The notes beneath the pieces are model-generated. The model searched no databases. It was not told the DNA's origin and was given only the letters and a program-made list of their open reading frames with translations. From assembly GCF_006345805.1 (NCBI RefSeq), contig NC_043010.1:55242001-55306000 (forward strand): DNA of 64,000 bases, in the 5' to 3' direction. The stretch's first letter is position 1; each line of letters opens with the position of its first letter. This stretch comes from Octopus sinensis. Lineage: Eukaryota. Positions 52,021 through 64,000 of the stretch are shown piece by piece. A program made the position numbers and the translations under genes.

Positions 52021-52408
52021 GGCGGCGAGCTGGCAGAAACATTAGCACGCCGGGCGAAATGCTTAGCAGTATTTCGTCTGCTGCTACGTTCTGAGTTCAA
52101 ATTCCACCGAGGTTGCCTTTGCCTTTCATCCTTTCGGGGTTGATTAAATAAGTACCAGTTACGCACTGGGATCGATGTAATTGACTTAATCTGTTTGTCT
52201 TTCCTTGTTTGTGCCTATGTTTAGCCCATTGTTGGTAATAGAGAAATAGGTATTTCGTCTGTCGCTACGTTCTGAATCCAAATTCCACTGGGGTCGATTT
52301 TGTCTTTCATCCTTTAGAGATCGATTAAACAAGTACCAGTTACGCACTGGAATCGAGGTAATCGACTTAATCTCTTCTTCCAGGCCTTGTGCTTCCAGTA
52401 GAAAGGAT

Positions 52409-52410
<2 letters not shown>
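52021..52410 (+). mobile_element. SINE family A dimer
   Basis: ggcggcgagctggcagaaac head plus two modules. Confidence 0.85.
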
Positions 52411-52457
<47 letters not shown>

Positions 52458-52734
52458 GTAGTAGAAATATTTTACAAAACGAAAATAGAAACTATAAGTG
52501 GAAATGTAAGGGGCAACTAGGAAGAAAATTAAACGAAGCGAAGATGCACATTGGAAATCAAAAAAAGGTAAAGATTTTTATGAAAAGTAACGATAGATAT
52601 ATACAATTAGATGAACTGAGGTAGGAATAAAAGTAATTATTGTGAATTGTTAAAGAGATTCAAAAGCATACCGGTTTCGTGAATTTACTAATCATTGCTT
52701 TGAATGCACACAGATTAATGAACGGTGTCAGGTC

Positions 52735-52799
<65 letters not shown>

Positions 52800-52803
<4 letters not shown>

Positions 52804-53565
52804 GTGTGTGTGTGTATGTATATATATACCTACATAACTGATATGCATTGCATACATAATGCGAACATACACCCACTCGCGCACACAAACATGTACGAAT
52901 GCATCAAATTATTGTCATCGATTCTAATGAAGGAATTACATGAAGGAAGGAGAATGTATTTTTGAAGAAACACGCATTTCTTCATGCTGAACGTAAACGA
53001 GTTGCTCGAAGACATACTACCAGTGGAATGAATAGGGAACGTCTGGTTTCCAGAATCTGCGGATGTATATGTCTATCAAGAGCTGGACTCATTCGTCACC
53101 AGTAGTGCCACAGTATAAAGCATAACTTTGTGTTACTATACAATGAGTTTATTGCTCATTGATGTTCCCCCTCGGTCACGTGTGGACTGTCATCAACATC
53201 GTGTGTCAACTATTCACTAAATCATTAAAGAGAAATGTCTTAACGATTTAATGAATATGACTTTCATATTGCAGGCTACTATATTGGTATAAGTTGTATA
53301 GATTTCTACCGCAAGATCTAGGCTCTATATTTCCGCTGACAGTCTATGATATCTCTAGAACTAAGGTTTCTATACATTTTTACTTTTGTTCATTAGGAGG
53401 CACAGGAGTGGCTGTGTTGTAAGTAGATTGCTAACCAATCACATGGTCTTGGGTTCAGTCCCACTGTGTGAAACCTTGGGCATGTGTCTTCTACTAAAGC
53501 CTCAGGCCGACCAAATTCTTGTGAGTGGATTTCGTAGACGAAAACTGGAAGAAATCCGTTGTATG

Positions 53566-53614
<49 letters not shown>

Positions 53615-54364
53615 ATGTATATATATACCTACATAACTGATATGCATTGCATACATAATGCGAACATACACCCACTCGCGCACACAAACATGTACGAATG
53701 CATCAAATTATTGTCATCGATTCTAATGAAGGAATTACATGAAGGAAGGAGAATGTATTTTTGAAGAAACACGCATTTCTTCATGCTGAACGTAAACGAG
53801 TTGCTCGAAGACATACTACCAGTGGAATGAATAGGGAACGTCTGGTTTCCAGAATCTGCGGATGTATATGTCTATCAAGAGCTGGACTCATTCGTCACCA
53901 GTAGTGCCACAGTATAAAGCATAACTTTGTGTTACTATACAATGAGTTTATTGCTCATTGATGTTCCCCCTCGGTCACGTGTGGACTGTCATCAACATCG
54001 TGTGTCAACTATTCACTAAATCATTAAAGAGAAATGTCTTAACGATTTAATGAATATGACTTTCATATTGCAGGCTACTATATTGGTATAAGTTGTATAG
54101 ATTTCTACCGCAAGATCTAGGCTCTATATTTCCGCTGACAGTCTATGATATCTCTAGAACTAAGGTTTCTATACATTTTTACTTTTGTTCATTAGGAGGC
54201 ACAGGAGTGGCTGTGTTGTAAGTAGATTGCTTACCAATCACATGGTCTTGGGTTCAGTCCCACTGTGTGAAACCTTGGGCATGTGTCTTCTACTAAAGCC
54301 TCAGGCCGACCAAATTCTTGTGAGTGGATTTCGTAGACGAAAACTGGAAGAAATCCGTTGTATG

Positions 54365-54400
<36 letters not shown>
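52800..54400. repeat. 799-bp near-perfect tandem duplication containing a family B SINE 5' half
   Basis: Identical ORFs offset by 799 (52830/53629 and 53386/54185); breakpoints lie in (TA)n(TG)n tracts. Confidence 0.93.
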
Positions 54401-54401
<1 letters not shown>

Positions 54402-55469
54402 GTGTGTGTGTGTGTGTGTTTGTGTTTGTCCTCCCAACAATTGATGGTGACAGAATCTTTAGCATGCCGAATTAAGTGTTTGGTGGCTTTTCGTCTTTTT
54501 TTTTATATTCTGAGTTCAATTTATGCTGAGGCTGACAACACCTTTTATCATATCCGGGTCGATGAGATATGGACCACTTGAGCACTGGTCCTAACAATGG
54601 GGTCGATGTAAACCACTTACACCTTCCTCTGAAATTGCTAAACTTGTGCCAAAATGTGAAACCAATATTTATATGTACATTATATAATGACACTAGTATC
54701 AATTCTTAACAAGCCCTAATTCTCCAGTAAAACAGTGCGAATAGAATGAAGCAGAATTTGAAAGCAGAATAATACTATATTACAAGAATGACAATTTAAA
54801 TGACACTGTTCCACTCATTGTGCACACACTTATTCCTGTTACTTAAGAGTACTATTATATTGATGTCTTCGGTGAAGAAGCTGATAAGATGAAATCGTTA
54901 TATTGATATCCTCATTACAAACAAGATCTATATTTATAAAATAAAATGAGAAAAAGTTATGTGTATCCGTCAGCATCGATAGACACGTCTTTCTGTATAT
55001 TAGTAGCACTTATATCTCTCAGTGTAATGATATAAAAGGCAAAATTAGAACGTTAGATGGAATTGACACAGATATGTGAAGCTTTGAAGTAGATATCGTA
55101 AAAGTCTTTTTGGCCTATCTACTCACTGTGAATATTTCAATGTTCTCGTCACAAGATAAGAAGCTTTTCCTGTCAATAGAGAATACTGGAATGTTTATCA
55201 ATTACCAAAGTGTAAGTAAAAGCACCTGGTGAGACAAAACTCTAAGCTGTTATCGATTACCATTTGGGGCCATTTTTAATTTAATTTCGCCACTGATGCT
55301 CTTTACAATTCCATAGAGATCACATATGACGAAGCTATATTTACTTATCTGTTTCATTATATTTTATTTTATTTCATTCTCCTGTTTCATTCTATGAAAT
55401 AACAGTCATGTTATATTGTATCATATAATCGACTAACTCTCCCCATAGGTATATGGCTATCTGCCAACG

Positions 55470-56020
55470 ATAACATCGTTGTGATGCGATGGACGGGCGG
55501 AATTACAGGAGGTTCGAATTTACAGTATTTCACCGGGTATTTTTGCGGTGTGAGTTCAAATCTCGCCGCGGACTATTTTGCCTTTGAATCTTGAAAGATC
55601 AATAAATAATACACTGGCCATGTAATCGATTAACCGCTTCCCTGAATTTCAGGTTTTACCAAATATAACATCATTGTGATGCGATGGATGGGCAGAATTA
55701 CAGGAGGTTCTAATTTACAGTATTTCACCGGGTATTTTTTGCGGTGTGAGTTCAAATCTCGCCGAGGACAATTTTGCCTTTGAATCTTGAAAGATCAATA
55801 AATAATACACTGGCCATGTAATCGATTAACCGCTTCCCTAAATTTCAGGTTTTACCAATGATAACCTCATTGTGATGCGATGGATGGGCAGAATTACAAG
55901 AGAGTTGAATTTACAGTATTTCATCAGGTATTTTTGCTGTCTGAGTTCAAATCACGCCGAGGTCAATTTTGCTTTTGCATCCTGAGAGATCGATAAATAA
56001 TACCCTAGTCATGTACTGAG
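55470..56020 (+). repeat. ~195-bp tandem x3 derived from a degenerate family A SINE
   Basis: ataac.tc.ttgtgatgcgatgga.gggc.gaattaca at 55470, 55665 and 55861. Confidence 0.85.
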
Positions 56021-56204
56021 TTCCATGTAATCTGGTTTTGCTATATTTTATAAATAATTATAATTATAAGGTATGGTGGATCGAAATAGTTGCTTTTCTT
56101 AAAATGTCAGAATTTAGTCCTGAGCTTTTCAATCGGTATTGGGATTTTTCCTGTACTACTTCTCACCTTTTCCTATTTTACATGAAGATATCTAAGACGA
56201 AAGA

Positions 56205-56618
56205 TCTGTCAGAATCATTATCGTGCCAAGCAAAACACTTAGTGGTATTTCGTCTGCCGCTACGTTCTGAGTTCATATTCCGCCGAGGTCGACTTTGCCT
56301 TTCATCCTTTCGGGGTCGATAAATTAAGTACCATTTACGCACTGGGGTCGATGTAATCGACTTAATACCTATGTCTGTCCTTGTTTGTCCCCTCTGTGTT
56401 TAGCTCCTTGTGGGTAATAAAGAAATAGGTATTTCGTCTGCCGCTACGTTCTGAGTTCAAATTCCGCCGAGGTCGATTTTGCCTTTCATCCTTTCGGGGT
56501 TGATTAAATAAGTACCAGTTACGCACTGGGATCGATATAATCGACTTAATCCGTTTGTCTATCCTTGCTTGTCCTCTCTGTGTTTAGCCCATTGTGGGTA
56601 GTAAAGAAATGGGTATTT
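56205..56618 (+). mobile_element. SINE family A dimer
   Basis: Two modules joined at aagaaatag|gtatttcgtc. Confidence 0.85.
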
Positions 56619-57879
56619 CTTCAAGTTGTACGATATCAGTTCAAACCCCGTCAAGGCGGGCGTTGCTTCTTATCATTTCAAGATCTATTACATAAGTGTC
56701 GGTGGAAAACTGGAGTCCTTATAATCAACTACCCACTGCACCTTCCCTTAAAGTTCAGGCCTTGTACCGATATTGAAAAGAATTATACCTGTTGACGCTT
56801 TTCATGCTATAGACTTAACATAGCCTCAATTTTAATTCTGATTTTAACCTTTCAAACTTTTGTTTATATTTTCCCTCACAATTCTTTCTCATTTCAGTCT
56901 GTGTTTTTGCATTTCCTTACTTTCTTGAAGGCAAAAAAAATAATTGTTTGGTTTCATTTCTTTTTTCTAGTTTCATAGGTATTCCACTTAGATATCAATT
57001 CTTCTTTACTGGATAGATTTCTGATTCAAGTGTAGATATTTTATTACCAGGCGTTGTAAATATTTCTCAATCTTATATTTCAGACGTCGTATTTTAAAAC
57101 CGAGCATTGTTTTTCATGTTTTGTTAGCTAATCTTGCAAGATTATTTACCGCTTAACTGAAAATTAACTGAAAGTTTTATATTTATAAATTAATACCGTA
57201 ATTATTAGACAAATTCCGTTACCATTTCTTTATAATTAGCTCAGATTTAATTATAGTATTTGTTCATACATGTACCATAGTGTTTCATTCATAATGTCTT
57301 ATTCGTAAATTCCTACGTTTTTTTTTTGACCGAAATTTATATTCCTACAAAACTATATTTATATCACAAAACTCTGGATCGCTTTCAAAAACAGCTAAAT
57401 ATCCAGTTCAATTTAGTGCCCCTTGACGATTGCGTCTGTACGATTTTGACTGGAATAAGCTTTTATTCTTTAAAATTAGTTAGATACCTTCAAGTATCGT
57501 ATATTTTCTTTATAGCAACAGGGATTTATATTGAACAAACGGAAGATGACACGTAGAATAAGATTATGAAAATTCGGAGAGGCGATCCATGACAATATTC
57601 GCAAAATTAACATAGAGTGAAGGAAAAGGGAGAAGTATATATAATTGTAGAATATAAACCTAAGCATATCCTAGTTGAGAAAGATTAGCATAAATGTTCG
57701 AGTAAATCAGTGAAGATTTTGACATCAAAGAACAGTGTGACCCCTAAATTGTGCGCTATATTGGTAAAAACACGCGCTCGCATTTACGTTTATTTTATTT
57801 TTATATTTTCATTTTATCTAGTTTCAGCTCATGAGCTGCAGCCATGCTGGGGCAGCGCCATTCGGTGTTGCTACATAAT

Positions 57880-58020
57880 TTTACTTCACGAATGCTTGTT
57901 AGCAATTGATATTTGTTGCATGAGAGAGTTGGATGGAGCTGTATGAACAGTAGTGGTCCCAAAACAGTGCCTTGCCGAACACCGCTCACTATTTGCGTGT
58001 CATTGGAGACATGTTTTACC
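57880..58020 (-). pseudogene. Non-LTR reverse transcriptase fragment (CR1/L2-like)
   Basis: Translates to VSGVRQGTVLGPLLFI, matching the SGVPQGSVLGPLLF motif. Confidence 0.65.
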
Positions 58021-58160
58021 AGATCCCCAAATGGGGATCATGTACAGCAATGCGTTAATTTCAGTTTGTCAGGAGTGTAAGGAGGGAAAATGTAATTAAA
58101 TCGGCTGAAGTCAAGGGGAAACGCTGCTGTATCTTTCCAATGGACACAAGAATTTTCATA

Positions 58161-58930
58161 TTATTTCTTTATTGCCTACAAGGGGCTAAACATAGAGGGG
58201 ACAAACAAGGACAGACAAAGGGATTAAGCCGATTACATCGGATCCAGTGCGTAACTGGTACTTAATTTATCGACCACGAATGGATGAAAGGCTAAGTTGA
58301 CCTCGGCGGAATTTGAACTCAGAATGTAACGGCAGACGAAATACCTATTTCTTTACTAGCCACAAGGGGCTAAACACAGAGGAGACAAACAAGGACAGGC
58401 AGACGAATTAAGTCAATTAAATCGACACCAGTGCGTAACTGGTACTTAATTTATCGACCCCGAAAGGATGAAAGGCTAAGTTGACCTCGGCGGAATTTGA
58501 ACTCAGAATGTAACGGCAGACGAAATACCTATTTCTTTACTAGCCACAAGGGGCTAAACACAGAGGAGACAAACAAGGACAGGCAGACGAATTAAGTCAA
58601 TTAAATCGACACCAGTGCGTAACTGGTACTTAATTTATCGACCCCGAAAGGATGAAAGGCTAAGTTGACCTCGGCGGAATTTGAACTCAGAATGTAACGG
58701 CAGACGAAATACCTATTTCTTTACTAGCCACAAGGGGCTAAACACAGAGGAGACAAACAAGGACAGGCAGACGAATTAAGTCAATTAAATCGACACCAGT
58801 GCGTAACTGGTACTTAATTTATCGACCCCGAAAGGATGAAAGACAAAGTCGACCTTGGCGGAATTTGAAATCAGAACGTAACGGCTACGCATTTCACCCG
58901 GCGTGCAAACGTTTCGGCCAGCTCGCCGCC
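58161..58930 (-). mobile_element. SINE family A with four tandem 184-bp modules (inner copies identical)
   Basis: gaaatacctatttc recurs at 58338, 58522 and 58706; head at 58900-58930. Confidence 0.92.
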
Positions 58931-59146
58931 TTATGAATAGTCATATTCTGGCAAGTCCATGGTCGCTGAAATTTAGTTATGACCATGAGAGAGAAAGAGG
59001 GTAAGAGAGAGAGAGAGAGAGACAGAGCTGCCTGAGTGGTGGGGCATTAGATCATATCAAATGCAAAAAACCACAAAATCATCATGAATCAGAATTTCAA
59101 CCTAGAATTTAAACACTACCTTCCTCAATAATACCAACACAGTTAT

Positions 59147-59790
<644 letters not shown>

Positions 59791-60177
59791 CTCTTGTAAT
59801 AGAAATATTTTTTTTTAGTAACTGTATTATCTAAAAATTAACGCATTTCATTTCCACGTCTATTCTCACCCTTTCGTTACTTTCTGTACTACAACCATTT
59901 TTTTGGTTTGGTTCCATTTTCTTTTTCTTTTTTTATCCTAGTTTCATGGGTACTTCTGTTAGAAATGCATAGTAGCATTCCTTCTGATTGCGTTTTCTGA
60001 GTTCAAATCACACCGAAGTTGATTTTGATGCTCATCCGTTCGGTAGCAATAAAAACTCCTCGTGAGCACTGCGGGTTATCTGTTCCTAAAATTAGAGGCT
60101 TTGTACCACATTTTGAAACAATCATGTTGATATCAATAAGATATACCCGTATAGTAATTTAATTATTAACAAAGTAG

Positions 60178-60318
60178 GAGTGGCTGTGTGGTAAGTAGCT
60201 TGCTAACCAACCACATGGTTCCGGGTTCAGTTTTGGGCAAGTGTCTTCTGCTATAGCCCCAGGCCGACCAATGCCTTGTGAGTGGATTTGGTAGACGGAA
60301 ACTGAAAGAAGCCTGTCG

Positions 60319-60369
<51 letters not shown>

Positions 60370-60577
60370 CTGTGTTTGTCCCCCTAGCATTGCTTGACAA
60401 CCGATGCTGGTGTGTTTACGTCCCCGTCACTTAGCGGTTCGGCAAAAAGAGACCGATAGAATAAGTACTGGGCTTACAAAGAATAAGTTCCGGGTCGACT
60501 TGCTCGACTAAAGGCGGTGCTCCAGCATGGCCGCAGTCAAATGACTGAAACAAGTAAAAGAGTAAAAGAGTAAAAGT
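60178..60577 (+). mobile_element. SINE family B, near full length
   Basis: Uninterrupted head ggagtggctgtgtggtaagtagcttgctaacc, internal (TA)(TG) tract and (GTAAAAGA)n tail. Confidence 0.9.
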
Positions 60578-60676
60578 CAAGACATAATTCATTTGAATAT
60601 GCAGCGATAGGAAGTACATTATTTGCAGGCTATTCTCTTTTGGTTTGTCTGACAAGTCACTGATAATAGTGATTAT

Positions 60677-60711
<35 letters not shown>

Positions 60712-61240
60712 CTTTTGTGTTGTCTTTATTTTTGTTTACATTAAGTTTCAGACACTTCATTCTCGCTCACGTTGAAAGAGATGCCGTGATGAAGAAATTA
60801 AACGTTTGGAAATTCTAACAGAACAACGCCTCCATATTCAAAAAGAATAATTAAAAGGAGAAAATTACGTTTGTTGTCTGTCTTAAAGTGGGACCGATAA
60901 TGAAACGAATTAACCGGTGTTGCTTTGCTTGAAGTCAAAAATTGTAACCTATCCTTTTGAAGAAATATGAACACTGAAATAATATTCTGGGTTTCGCAAT
61001 AAACATTATAAAAAGATAATGAAATTTGTGCTCCCGTATGGATAGGGTCTAATGACTGAAACAAGCGAAAGGGTGCTCGAATAAGTTTCGGGTTCATATT
61101 TTAGTAACTACCAAATTGTCATTCCTATCATTAGAACGAGTTTCGTTCGGTATACAATGTTTGATAGTATTCTTCGTTTAAGTTCTGTAGAACAGGCACC
61201 TTGAAATAAACTATGCATCAAAACCTGTGGTATAATATAT

Positions 61241-61320
<80 letters not shown>

Positions 61321-61666
61321 ATGCACGCAAGCACACACTGACACACAAAGACATACACACACGTATGTGTGCGTGTTTATATATATGAAAGAAACTGTTT
61401 TAAATTCTTCCTTTTTAATATTTAATTATTACCTCTGAAATCTTGATTTCGAATTTTTAATATTTTATAATAACGACGTACACATCGAAACTGGTAATGT
61501 TCTACAAAAGTCACTTAATGTAACAGATATAAAAAATGCTTAACCAGTCTGGGTACAGGAAAATATATATCTAGAATTTAAAAAAAACTATTCTAATGCG
61601 CTGTTTGCACTTTTATTTCAGACGTACACACACACACGCACGCACACACACACACACACACACACG

Positions 61667-61706
<40 letters not shown>

Positions 61707-62428
61707 GTAGAGGGAGATAAACATACATATGCGTTTATAAATATCTGTATATGTATGCATGTCTGAGTGTATGTGTGAGTGTGCGTGCGGGTGAGTGTAT
61801 TTGTGGACATATATAATATATATATATATATATATGTATATAAATATATATATATAGATAGATAAATAGAGAGATAGATGGATAGATAGATAGATAGGTA
61901 GATAGATAGATAGATTGATAGATTGATAGATATAGTTATTTGGTAATGAAATATTCATTAGCAACAACTTTACCAGATTAGATTTCATCAAAGAATATAA
62001 ATCAAAGTACTTCTAATGAGGTGTCATAAACGTCTTCTTTGAGTTAGCCCTATGTGTGAAAATATAACCTTTATTTTCCTTATTAATAATGAAACAGGTT
62101 TAGCAAGTGAGGTTTAGGAGAAATAATTTATTAGGAAATGTCTTGTGATCTTTAAAGATCGTTCTTTACAACCCGAGTTCGGATCCCTCCAAGGTGAAAA
62201 TTAAGTCTTATGCTAACTGGACTGATAAGGTAAGTAAAAACGAAAGTAGTGTAATTTATTTAAACTGACATGTTTGCTCATGAATCTGTGTTAGGATTCA
62301 AAAATCTACCAATACTTGAATGATTTGACTGACCCAGGAAACTGGGAAGGGGAAATACATTATATTTGGTATATAAATATCCGTCCTGCTGAAATTCAAA
62401 ATGTTATTCAACCAGGCCCGGAAAGATA

Positions 62429-62485
<57 letters not shown>

Positions 62486-62813
62486 AGAGGATTTTGTTTC
62501 AACTTAATCTACTTCAGCTCTTCCAAGACGAAGCGAAAATGAGTGGCGTGGTGCCAACCAATATTGACTAATCATTCGTCTTCTCTTGTATTTGATATCA
62601 CGTAATATTCAGTCCGCAAATGCCGTGACGAATTATATTGCCCTCTATAGAATCCACATATCAAAAATAACTACTTTTTAATCGATTTCCTTATTGAATG
62701 TAAGATTTCATACCCGTACCTTTAAACACACACACGTATGCACGCACACACACATACATAAATAATACATACATCTATCCATACATACATACATACACAC
62801 ACACACATATATA

Positions 62814-64000
<1,187 letters not shown>

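Overview
AT-rich, microsatellite- and SINE-dense eukaryotic DNA. The SINE families and the divergent GC-rich rDNA point to an octopus or other coleoid cephalopod (recognised from memory, not searched). I could not support any intact host protein-coding gene; almost all listed ORFs come from microsatellites, a 22-bp satellite or GC-rich rDNA. The main structure lies at 33.5-43.4 kb: a decayed minus-strand rDNA fragment spanning a unit junction (28S 3' part, 3'ETS, IGS, 5'ETS, 18S 5' part), bracketed by two oppositely oriented arrays of one 22-bp satellite. The 28S piece starts exactly at the canonical R2 retrotransposon cleavage site (TAGCCAAATGCC), preceded by 236 bp of unexplained sequence that may be an R2-type 3' end. 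Each satellite monomer carries an optimal TCF/LEF-type site plus a Helper-like GCCGACA motif. Separately, a non-LTR element appears to insert at the same nucleotide of a tRNA-derived SINE head at 3.7-4.0 kb and at 26.4 kb, suggesting a SINE-targeting retrotransposon. Also present: a mariner deletion derivative, a MITE, RTE and CR1-like fragments, an internally deleted Helitron, hammerhead-like motifs and tandem SINE multimers. Coordinates of degenerate repeats are approximate, and family names need database confirmation.
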